Shown here: piece after piece, positions 18,185 through 30,944 of the stretch | Numbering within the stretch: the stretch's first letter is position 1 | How the letters are laid out: each line of letters starts with the position of its first letter | Assembly (NCBI GenBank): GCA_963667785.2 | Contig: CAXXMU010000002.1 | Span: forward strand, 800,001 to 864,000 | Origin: Alphaproteobacteria bacterium | GTDB lineage: Bacteria > Pseudomonadota > Alphaproteobacteria > UBA828 | DNA: 64,000 nucleotides | Reading direction: 5' to 3' | Notes under the pieces: model-generated | Database searches by the model: none | The model's input: only the letters and a program-made list of their open reading frames with translations | Told to the model about the DNA's origin: nothing | Program-made: the position numbers and the translations under genes

Positions 18185-18741
18185 GCCGCCGCGCCCGGCG
18201 GGTCCGTCAGGTCCTTGCAGTAGTAGTGGCCGGCGATCGACCGGCCCTCCACGAAGGCGTATTTCGGGTGCGTGCCCCAGCGCTCGAAGCCGAGCGATTC
18301 GTAGAGCGCGATGGCCGCCTCCTGGGTCTCGCGCACGCTCAGGTTCATCACCTTGAAGCCGCGCGAACGCGCTTCCGCCTCGGCGGCCTCGAGCAACTGC
18401 CGGGCAAGCCCGTGACCGCGCGCCCAGGGTGCCACGAAGTGCGTATCGATGAGGCAGGAGAGCCGCCAGGCCTCCTTCTGCGGCGGTGCCGAGACGAGCT
18501 GGACCGACCCCGCCACGACGCCGTCCAGCCGACCGATATAGAGGATGCGCTCGGGCACCACGGTGACGCCCCGCCAGTAGCGCTCGAACGCGGCAGGCTG
18601 GGGCGGGCGCACCCAGCCGAAGCCTGCGCCGTCGTTGATCGCCGCGGCGGCGGCCTCGCAGAGCTCGCCGAGATCGCGCTTGTGCAGGCGCTCGACGGCG
18701 CCGACCTCGATCCGCGGGCCCGCGTCCTGTGTCTCGCTCAT
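18181..18741 (-). CDS. GNAT N-acetyltransferase embedded in the his operon
   Basis: [12 protein letters not shown] acetyl-CoA motif, [10 protein letters not shown]. Confidence 0.85.
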   Translation of the reverse strand: MSETQDAGPRIEVGAVERLHKRDLGELCEAAAAAINDGAGFGWVRPPQPAAFERYWRGVTVVPERILYIGRLDGVVAGSVQLVSAPPQKEAWRLSCLIDTHFVAPWARGHGLARQLLEAAEAEARSRGFKVMNLSVRETQEAAIALYESLGFERWGTHPKYAFVEGRSIAGHYYCKDLTDPPGAAA

Positions 18742-19382
18742 GGCCGCCAGCGAAGGAAGTTGCCGATCACCGCGAGCCCCACCGCCTGGCTCTTCTCGGG
18801 GTGGAACTGGGTGCCGACCATGTTGTCGCGGCCAGCGACCGCGGTGACGGGCCCGCCATAGTCCACCGTCGCCAGGACCTCGCCCGGCTCGCGGCAGGCG
18901 AGCGCGTAGCTGTGGACGAAATAGGCATGCGCCCCGCTGGCGAGGCCCTGCAGGACGGGATGGCCGTCATCGGCGATCGCGAGATCGTTCCACCCCATGT
19001 GTGGCACCTTGAGCGACTCGTCGCCGGGCTCGAGCGCCACGACCTCGCCGGCGATCCAGCCGAGGCCCTCGTGCTCGCCGTGCTCGCGGCCGATGCGCGC
19101 CATGAGCTGCATGCCGACGCAGATCCCGAGAAAGGGCACGCCACGGCGCAGCACCGCATCTTCCAGCGCCTCGATCATGCCGTCTCGCGCGGCGAGCCCG
19201 GCCTTGCAGTCGGCGAAGGCGCCGACGCCGGGGAGGACGATGCGCTCGGCCCGGCTCACGCGCTCGGCATCGTCGGTCACCAGCACCGGCGATTCGGGCG
19301 TGGCGTCCGCCGCGGCGCGCTCGAAGGCCTTGGCGGCCGAGCGCAGGTTGCCCGAGCCGTAGTCGATGATCGCGGTGGTCAC
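18738..19382 (-). CDS. hisH: Imidazole glycerol phosphate synthase glutaminase subunit
   Basis: DYGSGN, GICVGMQ, QFHPEKS. Confidence 0.97.
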   Translation of the reverse strand: MTTAIIDYGSGNLRSAAKAFERAAADATPESPVLVTDDAERVSRAERIVLPGVGAFADCKAGLAARDGMIEALEDAVLRRGVPFLGICVGMQLMARIGREHGEHEGLGWIAGEVVALEPGDESLKVPHMGWNDLAIADDGHPVLQGLASGAHAYFVHSYALACREPGEVLATVDYGGPVTAVAGRDNMVGTQFHPEKSQAVGLAVIGNFLRWRP

Positions 19383-19388
19383 GGCGCG

Positions 19389-19874
19389 TCAGCTCCAGAC
19401 GTCGGGGCCGGGGCCCCAGTCGAGCGAGCCGGGCGCACGGGCGGCGGTCGCCGCCTGGGGTGCACGCGCCGGCGCCGGAACGGGCGCGATGGCCTCGGCA
19501 TAGCGGATGAGGGCCTGCGCACGGCTCGGCGCGGCGACGATCTCGATCAGGCGCCAGCCGCGCCCGGCAAGCCCGGCCCGGCGCAGGTCGTTGCCCGAGA
19601 AGCCTGCAAGCAGGCCGTAGCCGAGGCCGAGCACCGCCGGCAGGAGCGGCCCGAGATCGAGCGCCACGGGCACCGCGATCAGCGCGGCAAGCGCCGCGAT
19701 CAGCACCAGCGCGGCGAGCCAGAGCCCCTCCGCGAGCGCCCAGAACGGCGCGAAGAAGAAGGCGAGCCAGTTGAAGCCCTCGCGCACGAGGACGGCATCG
19801 CCGAGCGCCGTGCCGGCCGCCACGCTGCCGCCGGCACCCGCTCCCTCCGGCAGGTGAACCGTGTAGTAGCGCAC
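19389..19874 (-). CDS. DUF2628-like membrane protein
   Basis: YTVH, VREGFNWLAFFF; position between hisB and hisH. Confidence 0.7.
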   Translation of the reverse strand: MRYYTVHLPEGAGAGGSVAAGTALGDAVLVREGFNWLAFFFAPFWALAEGLWLAALVLIAALAALIAVPVALDLGPLLPAVLGLGYGLLAGFSGNDLRRAGLAGRGWRLIEIVAAPSRAQALIRYAEAIAPVPAPARAPQAATAARAPGSLDWGPGPDVWS

Positions 19875-19878
19875 AGCC

Positions 19879-20496
19879 TCAGGCCTCCAGGCTGCCGCCG
19901 AGCACGCCCTTGGTGGAGGGAACCTCGCCCGCCATGCGGGGATCCGGCTCGATCGCCTGGCGCAGCGCCCGGGCGAGGCCCTTGTAGCAGGCCTCGATCA
20001 TGTGGTGGCTGTTCTCGCCGTACATCACCTCGACGTGGAGGGTGAGCCCGGCCGACTGCGCGAACGCCTGGAACCACTCCTTGAAGTGCTCGGTGTCCAT
20101 GCCGTCGATGCGCGGCCTCTCGAAGCGCACCCGCCAGACCAGGTAGGGCCGGTTGCTGGCATCGAGCGAGACCCGCGCGCAGGCCTCGTCCATCGGGATC
20201 ACGGCACTGCCGTAGCGGCGGATTCCGCGCCGCTCGCCGAGCGCCCGGCTCACCGCCTCGCCGAGCGCGAGCCCGGTGTCCTCCACCGTGTGGTGCAGGG
20301 TCACGTCGATGTCGCCCTTCGCCTCGCAGGCGATGTCGATCAGGCTGTGGCGCGAGAGCTGCTCCAGCATGTGATCGAAGAAGCCGATGCCGGTGGCGAT
20401 CTGCGAGCGGCCGCTGCCGTCGAGATCGACGGCGACGGCGATGCTCGTCTCCTTGGTGACCCGCTCGACGCGGGCCGTGCGCGCAGGCTGGCTCAT
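19879..20496 (-). CDS. hisB: Imidazoleglycerol-phosphate dehydratase
   Basis: [29 protein letters not shown]; start moved to MSQPART. Confidence 0.96.
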   Translation of the reverse strand: MSQPARTARVERVTKETSIAVAVDLDGSGRSQIATGIGFFDHMLEQLSRHSLIDIACEAKGDIDVTLHHTVEDTGLALGEAVSRALGERRGIRRYGSAVIPMDEACARVSLDASNRPYLVWRVRFERPRIDGMDTEHFKEWFQAFAQSAGLTLHVEVMYGENSHHMIEACYKGLARALRQAIEPDPRMAGEVPSTKGVLGGSLEA

Positions 20497-20735
20497 GGCG
20501 CAGTCCGATGGTCCCGGGGGAAGGGCGCCCTTGTAGCAAGAACCGCCGCCGGCTGCCAGCCTCGACCATGCACGCCGCGCGACGGGACGGGTCGCACCGG
20601 CGGCGCAGAGCGCCCTTCGCACGCGGCCGTCGCCGTGGAAGTCGCAGCGGCCGGGGCCTAGCCTCTTCGCCCTTCCCGCCGTGGCGTGTCCGGGGCATGA
20701 TGGCGGGAGAGACGCGCTGACGAGGAGGCCGCATC

Positions 20736-21533
20736 ATGGCCGGGACCTTCGACATCAACATCGACTGCGGCGAGAGCTTCGGCAACTGGGTGATGGGGGC
20801 GGACGAGGCGCTCATGCCCCACGTCACCACGGCGAACGTCGCGTGCGGCTTCCATGCCGGCGACCCGGTGACCATGATGAAGACCATCGCGCTCGCCAAG
20901 GAGAACGGCGTCGCCGTCGGCTCCCATCCCGGACTGCCGGACCTCATGGGCTTCGGGCGGCGGGTCATGGCGATCACGCCGGACGAGCTCTACGCCTACG
21001 TGATCTACCAGACCGGCGCGCTGAAATCGGCGCTGGAGGCCAACGGCATGACGCTCCATCACGTCAAGCCGCACGGCGCTCTCTACCGCATGCTGAACGG
21101 CGACGAGGCGCTGGGCGAGGCCTTCTCGCGGGCGGTGATCGACCTCTGCCCGGAGCCGATGCTCTACTACCCGGCGCCGGTGGACCGCCACGCGGTGACG
21201 AAGATCGCCGCCGGCATGGGCATCGACGTGGTGCCCGAGCTCTATTTCGACCTGCCCTACGACGATGACGGCACGCTGGTGCTGAAGCGCTCCAACGAAG
21301 GCGCGGACCTGGACGAGACCCGCCACAAGCTCGGCCTCTTCCTGGAGACCGGCAACACGCTGAGCGTCAACGGCGCGCGGGTGCCGATCTCGGCGCGCAG
21401 CATCTGCCTGCACGGCGACGGGCCGAACGCGGTCGATCTGGCCACCACCATCGGGGCGACGCTGACCGAGCGCGGCTACAGCCTGCGGCCGCTGGAGCCT
21501 GCGCCGACGATCCGCCACGAGGCCGCCGAGTAG
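20736..21533 (+). CDS. pxpA: LamB/YcsF family protein (5-oxoprolinase subunit A-like)
   Basis: DINIDCGESFG, NVACGFHAGDP, HVKPHGALY, SICLHGD. Confidence 0.88.
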   Translation: MAGTFDINIDCGESFGNWVMGADEALMPHVTTANVACGFHAGDPVTMMKTIALAKENGVAVGSHPGLPDLMGFGRRVMAITPDELYAYVIYQTGALKSALEANGMTLHHVKPHGALYRMLNGDEALGEAFSRAVIDLCPEPMLYYPAPVDRHAVTKIAAGMGIDVVPELYFDLPYDDDGTLVLKRSNEGADLDETRHKLGLFLETGNTLSVNGARVPISARSICLHGDGPNAVDLATTIGATLTERGYSLRPLEPAPTIRHEAAE

Positions 21534-21618
21534 GGCTGGCGTTCGGGCACCGCTTGGGGCATGGTGCGCGCCCCGCGCCGCCTGACGAGTCGCGGGACGA
21601 GAGCAGGAGGAGACGTCG

Positions 21619-21750
21619 ATGAGCGACGAGCACGGCCCCTCGCTTGAGGAGCTGACGCGGGCCCGGATCCCATACGTGGCGGGGCTCGGCCTCGTCGTCG
21701 CCGTCATCGGCGTCCTCGCCGGCCTCTCGGCCGCCGGCATCGTTCCGTAA
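21619..21750 (+). CDS. Small single-pass membrane protein (43 aa)
   Basis: AGGAGG SD 8 nt before the ATG; MSDEHGPSLEELTRARIPYVAGLGLVVAVIGVLAGLSAAGIVP; GC3-rich codons; fills the intergenic gap. Confidence 0.65.
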   Translation: MSDEHGPSLEELTRARIPYVAGLGLVVAVIGVLAGLSAAGIVP

Positions 21751-21756
21751 GGAGCC

Positions 21757-22707
21757 TCAGCCCGCCGGCGGCGCGGCCGGCAGCAGCCCCTCCTCCCGCA
21801 TCCAGGCGCAGAGGTCGGCGAACATGGTGCGGAGCGGCACCGGCCTGAAGCCGAGCTCCCGCACCGCCTTGTCGCACAGCATGATCTGGGTCTGGTTCGT
21901 CACGAAGTGGATCTCGTCGCTCGCGTCGGGGTTGCGCTCGCTCGTCGGCCGGGGCGGCGTCACGCCCACGATCTCGGCGACGATGGCGGCGGCGGCGGCG
22001 AAGCTCTCGTTGGCGCCGGCGAGGATGTAGCGCTCCCCCCTCTTCCCCCGCTCGTAGGCCGTGATGTGCGCCTTCGCGGTCTCGTCGATATGGCAGAAGG
22101 CGCCGCCGCCCGAGCCCACCGTGGTCATGGCGCCGCTCGCGATCGCCTCCACGAAGGGGCCCCAGATCACCCGGTCGTAGGGGCCGACGACATTGCCGGG
22201 ATTGACGCACACGGCATCCAGGCCGGCGGCCGCAGCCTCCAGCACGATGTCCTCGGCGGCCTTCTTGGTGCGGCAGTAGTTGACCGGGATCTCGTCGGCG
22301 TTGGACGGCGCCGTCTCGTCGATGGGCACGCCGTCGTGGAGGCCGAACACCGCGCCCGTAGAGGTGTGGATGAAGCGCCCCACGTTCCTCGCCTTCGCCG
22401 CCTCGACGACGGCGCGGGTGCCCGCCACGTTCGCATGGGTCTGGGCCTCGTCGCCGGCGGAATCGAAGCTCACGTTCCCGGCGACGTGGAAGAGGGCATC
22501 GACGCCTTCCGGGATCGTGTCCGCCAGGAACTCCCGGTCGCCGATGTCGCCCACCACCAGCGTCGCCGGGAAGCGCTTGAGGTAGGCGAGGTTCGAGGTC
22601 TCGCGGTGCATCGCGATCACCTGCCAGCCGGCCTCGCCGAGCTGCTTCACCAGATTGGTGCCGATGAATCCCGACGCGCCGGTCACGAACGCGGTCTTCC
22701 CTGTCAT
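21757..22707 (-). CDS. NAD-dependent epimerase/dehydratase (extended SDR, DFR/HpnA-like)
   Basis: VTGASGFIG, HTST, YCRTK. Confidence 0.85.
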   Translation of the reverse strand: MTGKTAFVTGASGFIGTNLVKQLGEAGWQVIAMHRETSNLAYLKRFPATLVVGDIGDREFLADTIPEGVDALFHVAGNVSFDSAGDEAQTHANVAGTRAVVEAAKARNVGRFIHTSTGAVFGLHDGVPIDETAPSNADEIPVNYCRTKKAAEDIVLEAAAAGLDAVCVNPGNVVGPYDRVIWGPFVEAIASGAMTTVGSGGGAFCHIDETAKAHITAYERGKRGERYILAGANESFAAAAAIVAEIVGVTPPRPTSERNPDASDEIHFVTNQTQIMLCDKAVRELGFRPVPLRTMFADLCAWMREEGLLPAAPPAG

Positions 22708-22732
22708 GCCGTCATCTCCGAAGGTGGGCGGC

Positions 22733-24241
22733 TCAGCGCCAGATCGGCTTGCCGTCGCCGGGCAGGCCGTAGGAGTGCCACTTGCCCGTTACCCGCTCGA
22801 CGATCTCGTCGGCCATGCGGATGCGCCGGCCCCAGTCGCGGCTGGTCTCGGGCCCGATCTTGGTCGTCGCGTCGAGGCCGATCTTGGCGCCGAGCCCGGT
22901 TTCCGGGCTGGCGAAGTCGAGATAGTCGATGGGCGTGTTCTCGACGACGGTGATGTCGCGCGCCGGGTCCATGCGGGTCGACACCGCCCACATCACGTCC
23001 TTCCAGTCGCGCGCGTCGATGTCGTCGTCCACCACGATCACCCACTTCGTATACATGAACTGCCTGAGATAGGACCAGACGGCCATCATCACCCGCTTGG
23101 CGTGTCCCGCGTACGACTTCCTGATGGAGACCACGGCGATCCGGTAGCTGCAGCCTTCCGGCGGCAGCCAGAAGTCGACGATCTCCGGGAACTGCTGGAC
23201 GAGCAGCGGGATGAAGACCTCGTTGAGCGCCTCGCCGAGGATGCTCGGCTCGTCCGGCGGGCGCCCGGTGTAAGTGGAGAGATAGATCGGCTCGCGCCGC
23301 ATGGTGATGGCTGAGACCGTGAACACGGGGAACGGCTCCACCGCGTTGTAGTAGCCCGTGTGGTCGCCGAAGGGGCCTTCGTCCCGGTAGTCGTCGAGGC
23401 TGACATGGCCCTCGATGACGATCTCCGCCTCGGCCGGGACCTCTAGCGGCACCGTCTTGGCCCGCACCAGCTCGACCTTCCGGCCACGCAGGAGGCCCGC
23501 GAACTGATACTCGGACAGCGTATCCGGCACCGGCGTCACCGCCGCGAGGATGGTGCCGGGGTCGGCGCCGATCACCGCCGCGGCCGGCAGCGGCTCGCGC
23601 GTCGACTCCGCCCAGCGCCGGTGCTGCTGCGCGCCGCCCCGGTGTGCGAGCCAGCGCATCAGCGTCGTGTCTCGGCCGGTGACCTGCATCCGGTAGATGC
23701 CGAGATTGTAGTTGTCGACGCGGGCGCGGCTCGGCCCCTTGGTCACCACCAGCGGCCAGGTGATGAGCGGCGCCGGCTCGCCCGGCCAGCAGGTCTGGAT
23801 CGGGAGCCTGGAGAGGTCGATGTCGTCGCCCGTGAGCACCACCTCCTGCACGGGCCCCTCGCCGAGAGTGCGCGGCTTCATCGCGCGCACCGTGTTGAGC
23901 AGCGGCAGCATCTCGACCGCCTCGCGCCAGCCGCTCGGCGGCTCCGGCTGACGCAGGAAGGCCAGCGTCTCACCCACCTCGCGGAGCGCGCCGGGCTCCC
24001 GGTTCATGCCCCAGGCGACCCGTTCCACGGTGCCGAAGAGGTTGACCAGCACCGGCATGTCGTAGCGCGTGCCGTCGTCGCCCACCACGTTCTCGAAGAG
24101 CACGGCCGGCCCCTCGTCCGCGATGAGGCGGGTCTGGATCTCGGTCATCTCCAGGGCGGGCGAGACCGGCGCCTGGACCCGATGCAGGCGGCCCGCGCTC
24201 TCGAGGCGGGCGATGAAGTCGCGCAGCGATCGGTAGGCCAT
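22733..24241 (-). CDS. ubiD: UbiD family prFMN-dependent decarboxylase
   Basis: [33 protein letters not shown]. Confidence 0.93.
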   Translation of the reverse strand: MAYRSLRDFIARLESAGRLHRVQAPVSPALEMTEIQTRLIADEGPAVLFENVVGDDGTRYDMPVLVNLFGTVERVAWGMNREPGALREVGETLAFLRQPEPPSGWREAVEMLPLLNTVRAMKPRTLGEGPVQEVVLTGDDIDLSRLPIQTCWPGEPAPLITWPLVVTKGPSRARVDNYNLGIYRMQVTGRDTTLMRWLAHRGGAQQHRRWAESTREPLPAAAVIGADPGTILAAVTPVPDTLSEYQFAGLLRGRKVELVRAKTVPLEVPAEAEIVIEGHVSLDDYRDEGPFGDHTGYYNAVEPFPVFTVSAITMRREPIYLSTYTGRPPDEPSILGEALNEVFIPLLVQQFPEIVDFWLPPEGCSYRIAVVSIRKSYAGHAKRVMMAVWSYLRQFMYTKWVIVVDDDIDARDWKDVMWAVSTRMDPARDITVVENTPIDYLDFASPETGLGAKIGLDATTKIGPETSRDWGRRIRMADEIVERVTGKWHSYGLPGDGKPIWR

Positions 24242-24335
24242 GGTCACCTCGGCGGGTCGCCGCCATTCATGGGCAGGCACCGGCCCCCGTCAAGCCCGCG
24301 TGGCCCGCACGCGGCCCTGGTCGTGGTCAACAGCA

Positions 24336-25868
24336 TCACGCTCTGCCACACCCTGCCCGAAGGTACGCGCGCAGCCGGTCCGCGCCGTGCGCCGAGACGC
24401 CGAGGCCCTTCTTCGTGCGCCGCCACAGGATGTCCTCGGCGGTCCGGGCCCACTCGTGCCGGGCGAGATATGCGACCTCCGCCGCGTAGAGCCCGGCCCC
24501 GAAGTGCTCGCCGAGGTCGTCCACGCTGCTGCGACCGGCGAGCAGCGCATGGGTATCGGTGCCGTAGTGGCGGACGCAGTGACGGAGTAGCGCCTCCGGC
24601 AGCCACGGGTACCGCGCGGCGCAGTGCGCGGTGAAGGCGCCGATGTCCGCGCCCGGGATGTCGCCGCCGGGAAGCGGCGCGTCGCTCGTCCATCGCGATC
24701 CGTCGGCGCCGAGAGGTCCCGCCAGCATGTCCACCGCCTGCTCGGCAAGCCTGCGGTAGGTCGAGAGCTTGCCGCCGTAGACCGAGAGCATGGGCGCCGG
24801 CGCCGGGTCGAGGTGCAGCACGTAGTCGCGGGTGACCTCGCTGGCGTTCTCGGCCATGTCGTCGAAGAGCGGACGGATGCCGGCGTACGCCCACACCACG
24901 TCGCGCGGAGCGATGGGCTTCTCGAAATAGGCGTTCGCGGCGGCACAGATGTAGTCGACCTCCTCCGGCGTGATCTCGACCCGACCGGGCGCGCCCTCGA
25001 ACTCCACGTCGGTGGTCCCCAGCAGGGTGTAATCCTCCTCGAAGGGGATCGCGAACAGCACGCGGCCGTCGCCGGTCTGGAAGATGTAGGGATGGGCGTG
25101 GTCGAAGAGCCTCCGCACCACGATGTGGCTCCCCTTGACCAGCCGGACCCGGTGCGTCGCCCCGGCGCCGCCCGCGAGCGAGCGGACCCGGCCGACCCAG
25201 GGGCCGCTCGCGTTGACGACGCCCCGCGCCTCGACGGTGGCGCGCTCGCCCGACCCCCGATCGGCGAGAACGGCCCGCCAGCCCGAGCCGCCGGGCGCGA
25301 GGGAGACGCACGCGGTGCGGGTGCGGATCTCCGCCCCCCTGGCGTGGGCATCGCGGGCGTTCAGCACCACCAGCCGCGAGTCCTGCACCCAGCAGTCCGA
25401 GTACTCGAAGGCCCGGCGATAGCGGCTCTGCAACGTGTGCCCGCTCGCGTGCCGGCCGAGGTCGATGGCCGCGCACGGCGGCAGCGGGCCGCGCCCGCCG
25501 AGATGGTCGTAGAGGAAGAGGCCGAGGCGGATCATCCACCGGGGGCGCAGCCCGGCGTGATGCGGGAGTACGAAGCGCAGCGGCCAGATGATATGCGGGG
25601 CGTTGCGCAGGAGCACCGCGCGCTCGCGGAGCGCGTGGCGCACGAGTCGGAAGTCGCGATGCTCCAGGTAGCGAAGCCCGCCGTGGATCAGCTTGGTGCT
25701 GGCCGACGAGGTGTGCGCCGCCAGATCGTCCTGCTCGCACAGCAGTACGCGGATGCCGCGCCCCGCCGCGTCCCGGGCGATGCCGGTGCCGTTGATGCCG
25801 CCGCCGATGACGAGCAGATCGACCTCGCGCGGCGCCGCACCCCTCACGCCCATCTGAACCTGGCCCAT
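24336..25868 (-). CDS. glpD: Aerobic glycerol-3-phosphate dehydrogenase
   Basis: GGGINGTGIARDAAGRG, TSSASTKLIHGGLRYLE, WRRTK; start uncertain. Confidence 0.92.
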   Translation of the reverse strand: MGQVQMGVRGAAPREVDLLVIGGGINGTGIARDAAGRGIRVLLCEQDDLAAHTSSASTKLIHGGLRYLEHRDFRLVRHALRERAVLLRNAPHIIWPLRFVLPHHAGLRPRWMIRLGLFLYDHLGGRGPLPPCAAIDLGRHASGHTLQSRYRRAFEYSDCWVQDSRLVVLNARDAHARGAEIRTRTACVSLAPGGSGWRAVLADRGSGERATVEARGVVNASGPWVGRVRSLAGGAGATHRVRLVKGSHIVVRRLFDHAHPYIFQTGDGRVLFAIPFEEDYTLLGTTDVEFEGAPGRVEITPEEVDYICAAANAYFEKPIAPRDVVWAYAGIRPLFDDMAENASEVTRDYVLHLDPAPAPMLSVYGGKLSTYRRLAEQAVDMLAGPLGADGSRWTSDAPLPGGDIPGADIGAFTAHCAARYPWLPEALLRHCVRHYGTDTHALLAGRSSVDDLGEHFGAGLYAAEVAYLARHEWARTAEDILWRRTKKGLGVSAHGADRLRAYLRAGCGRA

Positions 25869-25954
25869 GGGTGAACATATATTTCCTTTCTCGAGCACGG
25901 CCAGCACCGTTCGATCCGTGACCATGGTGAGAAATGCGGGCTAGCATGATCGCC

Positions 25955-27427
<1,473 letters not shown>

Positions 27428-27496
27428 CTAGGCGGCGCTGTCAACCGCAGGGCAGCCCCTCCCGGCCGGCAGGCGGGCCGAGATGTGCGCGCCGTG

Positions 27497-27640
27497 CGGG
27501 ACGGGGGGCCGGGGAGGCACCGGGATTCGGCGGGATTCGGCGGGATTCGGCTGGAGAAAGCGGGATTGCACGGGACGGGAGCGGGGGTCCTGGGGGGCAT
27601 GCGGGATTTCGCGGGATAACGAGGGATTCCGGGCGGGACA
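27497..27640. repeat. Helically phased CGGGA(TT) repeat array including three exact CGGGATTCGG copies
   Basis: Exact 10-mers at 27521, 27531 and 27541; degenerate copies at 27497, 27561, 27571, 27602, 27612, 27622 and 27634. Confidence 0.75.
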
Positions 27641-27782
27641 GGCGGCCTCCATATCCCACTTGAGCACCGGCTCCCTTGCCGCGCCCCGCTCCTTCCCGCT
27701 CGTCCGCGCTCTCGCCCATCATGCCGCGACCCTCGCACGCCCACGCCATGCCCTGCACCGCACTATGGTGCGGGGAGTCGCG

Positions 27783-28057
27783 TAGAGCAGTTTCCGAGCT
27801 GCCGGGTTGACGGCGATCCGAACGACTCCCACCTCCCCCTGTCCCCCTCCCCCAAAGGCGGAGGGGGAACTTAGACGGCGCTGTCCGCTCTCCCTCTCCG
27901 CCCCCGAGCCAAGCTCGCGGAGCGAGCGCCCGGCGACTGAGGGAACATAAGAAGGGGGCGGAGAGGGCCGGGGTGAGGTGGGGGAGTCCGGGCCATTCTG
28001 CATGCAGAAAGGGGGCGCGCGGCAGCCGGGCGCGACCCCGTCTGGTCAGAACGCGCG

Positions 28058-28061
<4 letters not shown>
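27783..28061 (+). mobile_element. MITE-like repeat, copy 1, with an internal REP-like palindrome and an extra ~50-bp insert
   Basis: Ends TAGAGCAG...GCGCTAG; colinear with the reverse complement of 34369-34604. Confidence 0.65.
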
Positions 28062-29131
<1,070 letters not shown>

Positions 29132-29133
29132 GG

Positions 29134-29994
29134 TCAGCCCTTCACCGCGCCCATGGTCATGCCCTTGATGAAGTAGCGCTGGAAGAACAGGAACACCACG
29201 AGAGTCGGCAGGCTCGCGATCAGCGACAGCGACCCCTGCACCCCCCAGGCCACCGAGTACTGCCCCTGGAGGTTCACGATTCCCAGCATGATGGTCCGCT
29301 TCTCGTCGGACTGGGTGAAGATGAGCGGCCATAGGAAGTCGTTCCAGATCCAGGTGAACTGGAGAGTCGCCAGCACCGCCAGCGCCGGCAGGCTCAGCGG
29401 CAGCGCCACCCGGGTCAGCACCTGCCACTCGTTGGCACCCTCCAGGATGGCCGCCTCGCGCAGGGCGTTCGGGACGGTGGCGAAGAAGTTGCGCATCAAG
29501 AGCGTGCAGATGGGGATGCCCATCGCGGTGTGGATGATGATGATGGGATAGAGCGTGTCGATCAGGTCCACGGCGTTGAAGAGCCGGAACAGCGGGATCA
29601 GGATCACCTGCGGCGGGAAGAACATGCCGGAGACGATGACGAGAAAGAGCAGGTTGCTGCCCCGGAAGGGCAGCTTGGCGAACACGTAGCCGGCCAGCGA
29701 GCCCAGCGCGATCGAGGCCACCGTCGCGGGCGCGGTGACGATGAACGTGTTGGCGAAGTAGCGGTGCACGGCCGGATTGGCGAGCACCTCGGCGTAGTTG
29801 CCCCAGAACAGCTCGGACGGAATCGTCCAGAGCTGGCCGAGCGCGATGTCGCGGGTGGTCTTGATCGAGGACAGCAGCACGCCGGCGGTCGGCGCCAGGA
29901 ACAGCACCGCCAGAACCGCGAGCGAGACGAAGATAACCGCCGGCCACGGGTTGAAGCGCCTGCCCGAAGCGGGGGCGATTGCTACGTCAGCCAT
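29134..29994 (-). CDS. Carbohydrate ABC transporter permease (MalG-type)
   Basis: EAAILEGA loop, WNDFLWPLI. Confidence 0.92.
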   Translation of the reverse strand: MADVAIAPASGRRFNPWPAVIFVSLAVLAVLFLAPTAGVLLSSIKTTRDIALGQLWTIPSELFWGNYAEVLANPAVHRYFANTFIVTAPATVASIALGSLAGYVFAKLPFRGSNLLFLVIVSGMFFPPQVILIPLFRLFNAVDLIDTLYPIIIIHTAMGIPICTLLMRNFFATVPNALREAAILEGANEWQVLTRVALPLSLPALAVLATLQFTWIWNDFLWPLIFTQSDEKRTIMLGIVNLQGQYSVAWGVQGSLSLIASLPTLVVFLFFQRYFIKGMTMGAVKG

Positions 29995-30868
29995 GGATCT
30001 CGTCGACCTTGCGCAACTGGCGGAAGTAGAGGCGGATGATGGTCAGCGCGATCAGGAACAGGACCACCGAGATGGCGCTGCCGTAGCCCATCAGGTACTT
30101 CTTGAACGACTCGTTGTACATGTGCATGGCCAGCGTGTCGGAGCTGTTGAAGGGCCCGCCGCCGGTCATGGTGTAGAGGATGTCGAACCCCTTGAGCGAG
30201 TTGATGACGTTGAGCGCGATCACCACCACGGTGGCGGGCGTGAGCAGGGGGATGACCACCAGGCGGATGCGCTGAAGCGTCCTGGCACCCTCGATCTCGC
30301 ACACCTCCAGCAGCTCCTCGGGGATGGTGGTGAGCCCGGCCAGGAAGATCACCATCGAGAGCCCGGTCTGCTGCCACGACCAGGCGAGGATCACCGACCA
30401 GAGCGCGCTATCCGGCTTCGCCAGCCACGCGTAGGTGAAGTTCTCGCCGGTCACCGCCTCCACAACGGTGTTCAGCAGCCCCCAGTCCGGCTGGTAGATC
30501 CACACCCAGATCTGGCCGACCACCACGGCCGAGAGGCAGATCGGCAGGTAGAAGATCGACTTGAACACCGGGCCGCCGGGGATGCGGCTGTCGATCAGCA
30601 GCGCAAGCCCGAGCCCGAGCGCGGTCGGCACGACGATCGCGGCGACGATCCAGAGCGCCGTGTTGATCGCGGCGTTGAGGAACAGCTTGTCGGTGTGGAT
30701 CTTGAGGAAGTTGTCGAAGCCGACGTAGTCGTAGTCGGGATTGAAGCCGTTCCAGTTCGTGAAGCTGTAGTAGAAGGAGCTCGCGAGCGGCCAGATCACG
30801 AACGCCGCGAACACCGCAAGCGGCAGCGCCAGCAGGATCACCCGCCAGAAACGGTTCTCCCGTTCCAT
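29987..30868 (-). CDS. Carbohydrate ABC transporter permease (MalF-type)
   Basis: SFTNWNG, VGFDNF, MTGGGP. Confidence 0.92.
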   Translation of the reverse strand: MERENRFWRVILLALPLAVFAAFVIWPLASSFYYSFTNWNGFNPDYDYVGFDNFLKIHTDKLFLNAAINTALWIVAAIVVPTALGLGLALLIDSRIPGGPVFKSIFYLPICLSAVVVGQIWVWIYQPDWGLLNTVVEAVTGENFTYAWLAKPDSALWSVILAWSWQQTGLSMVIFLAGLTTIPEELLEVCEIEGARTLQRIRLVVIPLLTPATVVVIALNVINSLKGFDILYTMTGGGPFNSSDTLAMHMYNESFKKYLMGYGSAISVVLFLIALTIIRLYFRQLRKVDEIHG

Positions 30869-30895
30869 CGGTCACCGCTCATGCCGGAAAGTGAA

Positions 30896-30927
30896 CGGGC
30901 CGCCGGGATATACCGCCCGGCGGCCCG
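30896..30927. other. 12-bp stem-loop between the solute-binding protein and permease genes (probable mRNA-stabilising/attenuating hairpin)
   Basis: CGGGCCGCCGGG-N8-CCCGGCGGCCCG. Confidence 0.55.
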
Positions 30928-30944
30928 CCCGCACGAGACCGCGC

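Noticed and set aside
15907-20496. Extra genes (GNAT, DUF2628, HIT) in the his operon as a novelty
   Set aside because: Such insertions are a familiar feature of alphaproteobacterial his operons.
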